Shown here one piece after another: positions 1 to 7,803 of a stretch of 28,500 nt of DNA. The notes beneath the pieces are model-generated. The model had not been told where the DNA came from and did no database searches. It saw nothing but the letters and a program-made list of their open reading frames with translations. The DNA is taken from the NCBI GenBank assembly GCA_035285545.1, contig JAYKGY010000146.1:1-28500 (forward strand). The letters are read 5' to 3'. The translations under genes and the position numbers were made by a program. Each line of letters starts with the position of its first letter. Positions within the stretch are counted from its first letter, which is position 1. Source of the stretch: Snowella sp. (GTDB lineage: Bacteria > Cyanobacteriota > Cyanobacteriia > Cyanobacteriales > Microcystaceae).

Positions 1-64
1 AGCTTAGTTCGCGGAGGGTTATTTCTTCTTCCTTAGTTAAACTAATTTTGAGGGGAGCAGGCAT
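1..64 (-). CDS. IS630-family transposase/HTH protein, 5' part only (MPAPLKISLTKEEEITLRELS...)
   Basis: Manual translation from ATG 64; the frame is open to the window edge. It resembles the MPAPLxIxLTxEExxTLxEL start of cyanobacterial IS630 proteins (recall). Not in the ORF track. Confidence 0.65.
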   Translation of the reverse strand, partial: MPAPLKISLTKEEEITLRELS

Positions 65-124
65 TTACTTTCTCGACTTTTTTCTTTCCTCTTACTATTT
101 TACGCTTTATTTGGTTGACCTACT
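1..124 (-). mobile_element. Left end of an IS630-family-like insertion sequence, running off the window
   Basis: Minus strand reads TA|AGTAGGTCAACCAAATAAAGCGTAAAATAG..., then an ATG at 64 opens a frame resembling cyanobacterial IS630 HTH N-termini. The element abuts a TA, the IS630 target. The other end is not visible. Confidence 0.65.
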
Positions 125-663
125 TACCAAACCTGAGGGATAAATTCCGAATCATTTAAAATCACCACGTTTTCCCCCGATTGTACTAACACAAACAATC
201 CCTTGCCATACGCATAATTCGCCACTTCATCGGGAACAACCATTGCTGCTACTGCCCCCAAGGCTTTCACGTCACGAAAACGAGGCATTAACCGCTTAAA
301 TTTCCCCAGACGTTGTAAATGCTCATCCACATCTCTTTGGGTTAACTTACTTTTGACTTCCACTAAAATCGCGTCCGTATCATTCACCACGAACAAATCA
401 ACTTCTAATCCTTCATTACCTCGTTTGACGGAAATACCAGGGTGAAACTCATGAACATCAATACCGCGCTCTTGGAAAAGACGAACCACCGCAGGACGCA
501 CTTGCCACTCCACAAACTCCCCTAAGCGATTTCCCAATTCACCGATTTGTTTACTGACTCTGCTTATCTGTTTATCAGTTTCTTTTTGGGCTTGGGATAA
601 CTCTTGTTGAGATTGGGCTAATTCTTTTAAGATTTGTCGAATGTCATCAATCGTGGTGGTCAT
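124..663 (-). CDS. Coiled-coil + PD-(D/E)XK nuclease-fold protein (DUF3782-like), short copy, 179 aa
   Basis: N-terminal heptad coiled coil, then LGNRLGEFVE and the EVDL...LVEVKS motif (D...ExK). Confidence 0.75.
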   Translation of the reverse strand: MTTTIDDIRQILKELAQSQQELSQAQKETDKQISRVSKQIGELGNRLGEFVEWQVRPAVVRLFQERGIDVHEFHPGISVKRGNEGLEVDLFVVNDTDAILVEVKSKLTQRDVDEHLQRLGKFKRLMPRFRDVKALGAVAAMVVPDEVANYAYGKGLFVLVQSGENVVILNDSEFIPQVW

Positions 664-693
664 GATAAATTTTGCTTAAATTCGCTCACCTCT

Positions 694-699
694 ATTTTA
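694..699 (-). promoter_or_regulatory. Putative -10 box (TAAAAT) of the short PD-(D/E)XK gene
   Basis: TAAAAT lies 30 nt before the ATG. The same hexamer at the same spacing precedes the paralog (3733-3738). Confidence 0.5.
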
Positions 700-726
700 A
701 GGTTTAAAGCTAATCGTCGTCATTCC

Positions 727-1717
727 CTATCTAGTTTGACTTAAAGTCACCGAAGGTAACTCCCCAAAAAAGGATTTATAATCTCGCGTGAAGTGTCCCA
801 TACTCCAAAAGCCAAAATATTTCGCAATTTCTTTGACCTGATTTTCCATAGGGTCTGCTTTTTTTAAGGCTTGACGCACTCCGTACAATCGGAGAATTTT
901 TAAATAGGACATCGGACTAATGCCAAAGACTTCTTGAAAGCCGTAATTCAAACTTCTCGTACTAGCATAAATGTTTTGACACATCTTTTTTAGGGTAATC
1001 GGTTCCCCTAAATGGGCCATCATATAATCCCTGGCTTCTTTCACTAATTGATGTCGATAGCGGGGAGTAATCGCCAGGTCTTGGGGCGCTGGTTTGGGGG
1101 GCGATCGCTTGGATAAAAAGCGGGATAAAATCCTCTAAAATTAAGTTTTTAAAATGCTCCTGGTTTAAGAATTCAGGGAACCTATCAACCAAGCAAAACA
1201 GTTCTCTTAAATAGGTCTGAACAGGTTGTAAGGTTGTGGGTAAGAAAATATAGTCACGCCTAAGAAAATCGGCATCAATTTCTAGATAATTGAGGGTTTT
1301 AAGATAGTGCTGAAAATAGGTTTCCTGAATCCGAAAAGAGCCGATGATCAAATTGCAAGGAAAAACAAAATTAGCTTCACAGTCATTGGCAAATCCAAAA
1401 AGATATTGGGAGGAAAGGGGAACATAATTATTCCAGATCAGTCGCGAAGGATTATTTAAATAGACAATAAATTCTCGCCAATCCTTAAGGCGATCGCCAA
1501 CGAGATGAACTGGACTATCAATCTTAGTTTTGATAAATTTAATCACACCAAAATCGATCTGAGTAAAATGGTAATGAAAAGAATCGCGACTGAGGGGATA
1601 GATATTATAATTTCTAGTCTGATTAACCAACTCAACCAATTCATCAAGGTTCGCAAAATCTCTTTGGTTAATAATAGGCTTTGATAAATTTTTAATACTA
1701 AGTTCTTGAGATGTCAT
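727..1717 (-). pseudogene. AraC/XylS (EutR-like) transcriptional regulator split by a +1 frameshift
   Basis: ORF 962-1717 encodes the N-terminal domain and ORF 727-1044 the HTH domain (FGFWSMGHFTRDYKSFFGELPS). Removing one base from the G6 run at 1096-1101 joins them with a linker exactly as long as that of the intact neighbouring paralog. Confidence 0.85.
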
Positions 1718-1835
1718 AAATCTAATTAAAAAAATTTAAAACCTTTTTATCCGCCTAAAAACGTCTTGCGATCGCGTTGATTTTTTGTCATTAATAATCT
1801 TGCTGAAAAATAGTTACTCATCTAATTTTTATTCG

Positions 1836-2819
1836 CTATGATTTTAATGTGATTGAAGGTAGCTCCCCAAAAAAGGATTTATAATCCCGTGTAAAATGAC
1901 CCATACTCCAAAAACCAAACTGGTTAGCAATAGCCTTAACATTAGTTTGAGTTGGATCGGCTTGTTTTAATGCCTGACGAACTCCATGTAAGCGTAGAAT
2001 TTTTAAATAATTCATTGGGCTAGTTCCCAATATTTCTTGAAAGCCGTAAATTAGACTACGGCTACTAACATATAAATTTTTACAGAGGTCTTTTAGGGTA
2101 ATGGGCTTATGTAAATTGTCCATCATATAATCCTTGGCTTTTTTCACAATTTCATTCCGTAAATGGGAAGTCACGGGGGCTACGGGGAAGCTGGGAGAAG
2201 AGGAGATCGCTTGAATTAATAAAGGAATAAAATCTTCTTGAATCAATCGAGTGAGACAGCCACAAAGCAACAAGTTCGGATTGTTTTCTGTGAGTTGAAA
2301 TAGGTCGTGAAGATAGCTCTGAACCGTTGGAATCACCTGCGGAACGTGAATATAATCCGTTAGGGGGAGATTGGTTGCAAGCTCAGGATAGTTCATTTGT
2401 TGTAAATAATCCTGAAAGTAGCTTTGACGGATAAATACACTAGCAACCTCGACATTAGCAGGAATAATTAACGGTGCGGCTTTGTAGGGATCGAAACCCC
2501 AAAAATACTGAGCATTTAACCGTACATTACCAAGGACAACAGGGCTAGTATCCGGATCGTAGAGAAAAGAAAATTGTACAAAGTCAGACGGCTTTTCGGG
2601 ATCGATTTGTATCGCGCGATTCGAGATCCCTTTTGTCACTTGCCAGTCCCCAAAATTAATAAAATTCAGCTTGTTTTTAAATGATCCAGATTCAAGCTGA
2701 AACGTGTTGTAATTATTATCTATCCCTAGTATTTCAAGGACTTCATCTAGCTCAAGGAAATATTGATTGTAAATAACTGGTTCGGGTAAAGACTGGCTAT
2801 TCTTAGTATCAATTTCCAT
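1836..2819 (-). CDS. AraC/XylS family (EutR-like) transcriptional regulator, 327 aa
   Basis: C-terminal double HTH: ITLKDLC...SSRSLIYGFQE...SPMNYLK...IANQFGFWSMGHFTRDYKSFFGELPS. Confidence 0.9.
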   Translation of the reverse strand: MEIDTKNSQSLPEPVIYNQYFLELDEVLEILGIDNNYNTFQLESGSFKNKLNFINFGDWQVTKGISNRAIQIDPEKPSDFVQFSFLYDPDTSPVVLGNVRLNAQYFWGFDPYKAAPLIIPANVEVASVFIRQSYFQDYLQQMNYPELATNLPLTDYIHVPQVIPTVQSYLHDLFQLTENNPNLLLCGCLTRLIQEDFIPLLIQAISSSPSFPVAPVTSHLRNEIVKKAKDYMMDNLHKPITLKDLCKNLYVSSRSLIYGFQEILGTSPMNYLKILRLHGVRQALKQADPTQTNVKAIANQFGFWSMGHFTRDYKSFFGELPSITLKS

Positions 2820-3057
2820 TCAAAATATCGCTAAGTTTCATGTCATATTAGTTAACTTACAATACTGTCAAAAGAGGTAATTGTTGAATAGTTACCAAAA
2901 GAATGTGCGATTTTTGAATAGCTTCTGGACTCAAGAATTATTCTTTAGATAGATGATGATCACCCAATCAAGACTGCACACTATTAATAATTTTCACAAT
3001 AATTAAAGTCCATCTTCCACGCTGAATCTCTAAAAAATCGTCTTTTTTGTCTTTGCC

Positions 3058-3702
3058 TTACCAAACCTGGGGCATAAACTCCGCATCATTCAAAATCACC
3101 ACGCTTTCCCCTGACTGCGCCAACACAAATAATCCCTGACGATAACCATAATTCGCCACTTCATCGGAAACCACCATTGCTGCTACTGCCCCCAAGGCTT
3201 TCACGTCACGGAAACGAGGCATTAACCGCTTAAATTTCCCCAGACGTTGTAAATGCTCATCCACATCCCGTTGGGTTAATTTACTTTTGACCTCTACTAA
3301 AATCGCATCCGTATCATTCACCACTAACAAATCAACTTCTAATCCTTCGTTACCCCGTTTGACGGAAATACCAGGGTGAAACTCATGAACATCAATACCC
3401 CTCTCCTGAAAAAGACGCACCACCGCAGGACGAACTTGCCACTCAACAAACTCTCCTAAACGATTGCCCAATTCGCCGATTTGCTTACTCACTCTGCTGA
3501 TTTGTTTATCCGTTTCTTTAATTCGTTTATCTGTTTCTTTAATTTGTTTATCTGTTTCTTTTTGGGCAGTGGCTAATTCCTGTTGGGATTGGGATAATTC
3601 CTGTTGGGATTGGGATAATTCCTCTTGGCGTTGGGATAACCTTTGTTGAGATTGGGCTAATTCTTTTAATATTTGCCGAATGTCATCAATAGTAGTGGTC
3701 AT
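3058..3702 (-). CDS. Coiled-coil + PD-(D/E)XK nuclease-fold protein (DUF3782-like), long copy, 214 aa
   Basis: Near-identical to 124-663 but with 35 extra coiled-coil residues. ATG 3702 chosen by alignment with the paralog (MTTTIDDIRQ). Confidence 0.75.
   Translation of the reverse strand: MTTTIDDIRQILKELAQSQQRLSQRQEELSQSQQELSQSQQELATAQKETDKQIKETDKRIKETDKQISRVSKQIGELGNRLGEFVEWQVRPAVVRLFQERGIDVHEFHPGISVKRGNEGLEVDLLVVNDTDAILVEVKSKLTQRDVDEHLQRLGKFKRLMPRFRDVKALGAVAAMVVSDEVANYGYRQGLFVLAQSGESVVILNDAEFMPQVW
3500..3562. repeat. 3 x 21-bp tandem repeat encoding KETDK(Q/R)I heptads
   Basis: Units 3500-3520, 3521-3541 and 3542-3562, consensus ATTYGTTTATCYGTTTCTTTW. Confidence 0.9.
3574..3657. repeat. 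4 x 21-bp tandem repeat encoding SQSQQEL-type heptads
   Basis: 3574-3594 and 3595-3615 are identical (TAATTCCTGTTGGGATTGGGA); 3616-3636 and 3637-3657 are degenerate. Confidence 0.9.
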
Positions 3703-3735
3703 AATCAATTCTTTTCAACTTTACTTATTTTTATT

Positions 3736-4575
3736 TTAAACCCAGTCTTCCTCGTCATCGAAATCGGTGGATTCTGGGGGACGCGACGGCGGATTGATCA
3801 CCCGATAGTTGGCATCATAAACAGGGTTGTTTGCTGTAGGCTGAGGTTGAGGGGCGCGATCGCTGGATTCACGGTAAGTATAGGAATAAATGGTTCCTTG
3901 GCGGGAAGCGGCTTTGGGTTCTTGATCGACTTCAAAACGCTTCAGATCTTCTTCTCGTAATCGCGGTTCAGTTTCAGATTGGGCTTTTGGTTTTGCTTGA
4001 GATTGCGGTTCAACATGATAAACAGGGGGGCGATCGCGTTCCAATTGCTCAGCTTCAGAATAACGAGGTGGGTTGACATTCGGTTCTGCTGCGGGAATAT
4101 CTACCACTACCTGTCGGGGGAAATCAACGGTTTCAGGGCGTTTCAGTGGCTCTGTCGGTAAAGGTTCGGTGCGGGTTGGTTCTTCTTCCCAATCATCCAC
4201 TTCAGGAATCGGATTTTCCCAATCCCATTGAGGTTGAGGTGTCAAGGGTTCTTGAATGCGGGTTTTGGGTTCCGGTTGACGCAGAGGCGGTTCAGGCGAT
4301 CGCGGAGGAGGCGTAGAACGGGAACGGGGACGACGGGGGGCAGGGGGAGGGGTTTGTACAATGGGACGGGCGATCGCGGCGAGAGCTTGGATAAAAAGAC
4401 TGGTGAAAATTCCCGCAACCACAAACACAATGACCCACAATCCCAGGGAAAAGGTTACGGAAAATAAGGCTGTTTTAGCACTATTGCCCAGAAAAAATAA
4501 GGTTATCGGTTGTTGATTTTGGAAAAAAAAGATTCCCCCCGACGCTAAGATCAATAAGCTAATGAACCATCGCAT
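3736..4575 (-). CDS. Cyanobacterial membrane protein with a LapA-like N-terminal TM hairpin and a Pro/Glu-rich tail
   Basis: Two hydrophobic segments around QNQQPITLFFLG, a low-complexity linker, and C-terminal YSYTYR and VYDANYRVI motifs. Confidence 0.65.
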   Translation of the reverse strand: MRWFISLLILASGGIFFFQNQQPITLFFLGNSAKTALFSVTFSLGLWVIVFVVAGIFTSLFIQALAAIARPIVQTPPPAPRRPRSRSTPPPRSPEPPLRQPEPKTRIQEPLTPQPQWDWENPIPEVDDWEEEPTRTEPLPTEPLKRPETVDFPRQVVVDIPAAEPNVNPPRYSEAEQLERDRPPVYHVEPQSQAKPKAQSETEPRLREEDLKRFEVDQEPKAASRQGTIYSYTYRESSDRAPQPQPTANNPVYDANYRVINPPSRPPESTDFDDEEDWV

Positions 4576-4659
4576 AACCTAATTTCCGTTGTAAACGTTT
4601 TTTGTCGCCTTTTTGCCACTCTAACACGCTTTCTACGCAGGCGAGTTTGGGAGAATACG

Positions 4660-4709
4660 ATCCCCTCTAGCCCTCTTAGTAAGGGAGAAAAGCCATTAGG
4701 CGGGGGGAT
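4660..4709. repeat. REP-like dispersed palindromic element
   Basis: ATCCCCTCTAGCCCTCTTAGTAAGGGAGAAAAGCCATTAGGCGGGGGGAT has an outer stem plus two inner hairpins and aligns with 7723-7770. Confidence 0.75.
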
Positions 4710-4972
4710 TAACACAATGCACTGTTTTTGAATGGGGTGTAGCGGCTGAAAATGAGTGCAAATGTACAGAAATATTACAGGTTCTTTAGAATTCCGATGG
4801 CCCTTTACAATAGTTGCAACAACGTGTCGCTCAATCTATTTGATTTGCAAAGAACTATTCAAAGCGTCAACAATGAACTAAAGCAAGACGGAGAATCGTC
4901 TATGCTGATGATTGCGTTAAACATCTTTATTGCGGATGACCGTTGATTTTATCGGTTAAAGGATCGACCATC

Positions 4973-7525
4973 ATGGAAAAAACCTACTTACAAACTGCGA
5001 TCGCTGATAGTGGCACTTTAGTGACCTCCACTGAAGTTTCTTCTATCAAAATTGAAGATGATCGCACAGGGATGAGTGTGGAAACCCTCAAACGGGCTTT
5101 TCTCGATAACTTATTCTATCTACAAGGCGTTGATCGTTCCAAGGCCTCTCTCTACGATTATTATCTAGCTCTTGCCTATACCATCCGCGATCGCCTCCTC
5201 TTGCGTTTTCTCAATACCACAGCCACCTATAAAGAACAGAAAGTCAAAATTGTTTGTTACCTATCGGCTGAATTTTTAATGGGGCGGCATCTAGGCAATA
5301 ACTTAATTAATTTAGGCATTTATGAAAAAGTCAATCAAGTAGCAGAAGAATTAGGGTTAAATTTAGAAGAAATTTTAGAACAAGAACCCGATCCAGGGCT
5401 GGGTAATGGGGGCTTAGGCCGTTTAGCCGCTTGTTTTCTCGATTCTTTAGCTTCTTTGGAAGTTCCTGCCATTGGTTACGGAATTCGCTACGAATTTGGC
5501 ATTTTCCACCAACGCATCCAAGATGGCTGGCAAGTCGAAGTCCCCGATAACTGGCTCCGTTTTGGTAACCCTTGGGAATTACCCCGCCCCGATGAATCCG
5601 TTCCTGTAAAATTAGGCGGCCATACCGAAATTTCCCACGATGAAAAGGGCTTCCCAAAAGTTGTTTGGATTCCTGAGCGTGTCATTTTGGCCATTCCCCA
5701 CGATACCCCCGTTCCAGGCTACCAAACTAATACCGTTAACCCCCTGCGTCTGTGGAAAGCAGAAGCCAGTGAAGACTTTAACTTTGAAGCCTTTAATGCG
5801 GGTTTATACGATCGCGCTGTTGCTGAAAAGATGGATGCAGAAACCATTTCCAAGGTTCTCTATCCCAACGACAACACCCCTGCTGGCCGCGAATTACGCC
5901 TCGCACAACAATATTTCTTTGTCTCTGCTTCATTGCAAGATCTCATTCGCATTCATTTACGAGTCCATAGCAACTTAGATGATCTCCACGAACGGGCAGC
6001 CATTCAGTTAAATGACACCCACCCTGCCGTCGCGATCGCGGAATTAATGCGTTTACTCGTCGATCAATACGATTACACCTGGGATAAAGCTTGGACGATT
6101 ACGCAAAAAACCTTTGCCTATACCAACCATACCCTCATGCCAGAGGCCCTAGAACGCTGGTCTGTCAGCCTCTTTGGTAAACTCCTCCCCCGTCACCTGG
6201 AAATTATTTACGAGATTAATCATCGTTTTCTCGAAGATGTCCGCATCTGGTTCCCTGACGATGACAAATTAGTCAGCAGCCTGTCACTCATTGAAGAACA
6301 TCACGGTCAACAAATTCGCATGGCCAATTTAGCCTGTGTGGGCAGTCATGCCATTAATGGGGTTGCGGCTCTGCATACTGAATTATTGAAAAAAGATACG
6401 CTCCACGATTTCGCCAAACTCTGGCCCCAAAAGTTCTTCAATAAAACCAATGGGGTAACCCCGCGTCGCTGGATTTTGCTCAGTAATCCCGAATTATCGG
6501 CCCTCGTCACCGAAAAAATTGGCGATGGTTGGCTGAAGAATTTGGATGATATGCGTAAAATTGAAGCTTTTATTGATGATCCCGAATTCTGCGATCGCTG
6601 GCGACAAGTTAAACAAAACAATAAACGCCACCTGGCCGATTATGTCCGCAAATATCGAGACATTGAATTAGATGTCAATTCCATCTTTGATGTGCAGGTT
6701 AAACGGATTCACGAATATAAACGTCAACATTTGGCAGTCCTACAAATCGTTGCCCTCTATAACCGCATCAAACAAAATCCCAATATTGATATCCTGCCCC
6801 GTACCTTTATCTTCGGCGGAAAAGCGGCTCCCGGCTACTTCATGGCCAAATTAATTATTAAATTAATCAATGCAGTCGGCGAAGTCATTAATAAAGATCC
6901 TGATGTACGCGGTCGTTTAAATGTGGTCTTTTTACCCAACTTCAACGTTTCACTGGGCCAACGCATTTATCCAGCGGCAGATGTTTCCGAGCAAATTTCC
7001 ACCGCAGGCAAAGAAGCCTCAGGAACGGGCAACATGAAATTCGCTATGAATGGAGCCTTAACCGTGGGAACCTTGGACGGAGCCAATATTGAAATCCGTG
7101 AAGAAGCAGGGGCTGAAAACTTCTTCCTCTTTGGTTTAACGGCTGAAGAGGTCTATGCCATGAAAGCAAAAGGCTACCATCCGAGAGATTATTACGAACA
7201 GAACGCCGAATTAAAAGCCGTACTGGATCGCATTGCGGGTGGCTATTTCTCCTACGGTGATAAATCTTTGTTCCAGCCGATTGTGGATTCTTTGCTTTAT
7301 AACGATCCCTATATGCTGTTGGCCGACTTCCAAGCCTACGTAGACTGCCAAGATCTTGTTAGTGAAACCTATCGGGATCAAGCCCGCTGGACAAGGATGT
7401 CGATTCTCAACTCGGCTCGCATGGGTAAATTCTCCTCGGATCGCACCATTCGGGAATATTGCAAAGAAATTTGGAATGTGCATCCTGTCAAAATCGAACT
7501 AGAAGAGTACCATTCTAAGTACTAA
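4973..7525 (+). CDS. glgP: Glycogen phosphorylase
   Basis: Motifs GLGNGGLGRLAAC, QLNDTHP, KRIHEYKRQ and the PLP-lysine motif EASGTGNMKF. ATG 4973 preferred to TTG 4943. Confidence 0.97.
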   Translation: MEKTYLQTAIADSGTLVTSTEVSSIKIEDDRTGMSVETLKRAFLDNLFYLQGVDRSKASLYDYYLALAYTIRDRLLLRFLNTTATYKEQKVKIVCYLSAEFLMGRHLGNNLINLGIYEKVNQVAEELGLNLEEILEQEPDPGLGNGGLGRLAACFLDSLASLEVPAIGYGIRYEFGIFHQRIQDGWQVEVPDNWLRFGNPWELPRPDESVPVKLGGHTEISHDEKGFPKVVWIPERVILAIPHDTPVPGYQTNTVNPLRLWKAEASEDFNFEAFNAGLYDRAVAEKMDAETISKVLYPNDNTPAGRELRLAQQYFFVSASLQDLIRIHLRVHSNLDDLHERAAIQLNDTHPAVAIAELMRLLVDQYDYTWDKAWTITQKTFAYTNHTLMPEALERWSVSLFGKLLPRHLEIIYEINHRFLEDVRIWFPDDDKLVSSLSLIEEHHGQQIRMANLACVGSHAINGVAALHTELLKKDTLHDFAKLWPQKFFNKTNGVTPRRWILLSNPELSALVTEKIGDGWLKNLDDMRKIEAFIDDPEFCDRWRQVKQNNKRHLADYVRKYRDIELDVNSIFDVQVKRIHEYKRQHLAVLQIVALYNRIKQNPNIDILPRTFIFGGKAAPGYFMAKLIIKLINAVGEVINKDPDVRGRLNVVFLPNFNVSLGQRIYPAADVSEQISTAGKEASGTGNMKFAMNGALTVGTLDGANIEIREEAGAENFFLFGLTAEEVYAMKAKGYHPRDYYEQNAELKAVLDRIAGGYFSYGDKSLFQPIVDSLLYNDPYMLLADFQAYVDCQDLVSETYRDQARWTRMSILNSARMGKFSSDRTIREYCKEIWNVHPVKIELEEYHSKY

Positions 7526-7541
7526 TTAACGCAGATACCCT

Positions 7542-7622
7542 CCCCCCTAGCCCCCCAACATTGGGGAGAACCGAAGGAATACAAAGTTCAAAAGTCCCCC
7601 AGTATTGGGGGATTTAGGGGGC
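7542..7622. repeat. Composite (BIME-like) inverted REP-like element, possibly also protecting the glgP 3' end
   Basis: CCCCCCTAG-CCCCCCAACATTGGGGAG...AAAGTCCCCCAGTATTGGGGGA-TTTAGGGGGC forms two hairpins inside an outer CCCCCTA/TAGGGGG stem. Confidence 0.75.
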
Positions 7623-7722
7623 GAATTCAAGTTAATGAAATAACAAATTTGTCTCTTGATTCAGTAATATCGAAGTGACTTACTCTGATTCTTTTACGTG
7701 AATCATCATTAATCCGCTTTTT

Positions 7723-7770
7723 ATCCCCCCTACCCCCCTTACTAAGGAGGGTGCCGATAGGCGGAGGGAT
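7723..7770. repeat. REP-like dispersed palindromic element
   Basis: ATCCCCCCTACCCCCCTTACTAAGGAGGGTGCCGATAGGCGGAGGGAT; same family and orientation as 4660-4709. Confidence 0.75.
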
Positions 7771-7803
7771 TTTATAAAAAATCAATTTTTAAATCTTTTA
7801 TTC

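Noticed and set aside
3464..3649. ORF with repeated NSCWDWD motifs resembling a RiPP precursor
   Set aside because: It is the antisense reading of the 21-bp heptad repeats, and no modification enzymes are nearby.
3500..3657. CRISPR array
   Set aside because: The repeats are contiguous 21-mers without spacers, lie in frame within a CDS, and no cas genes are present.
124..3702. Diversity-generating retroelement (VR/TR pair) to explain the C-terminal variation between paralogs
   Set aside because: Differences are not adenine-specific, both copies are full ORFs, and no reverse transcriptase is present in the window.
4773..4789. NtcA box upstream of glgP (TGTACAGAAATATTACA)
   Set aside because: Spacing is GTA-N9-TAC rather than the canonical N8.
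4752..4946. 64-aa ORF upstream of glgP
   Set aside because: No recognisable motif or RBS, and it overlaps the probable glgP promoter/leader.
5331..7483. Short alternate-frame and antisense ORFs within glgP (likewise within the ABC1 kinase, cobS, dacB, the SDR gene and glgB)
   Set aside because: They lie entirely inside well-conserved genes and show no independent coding signal.
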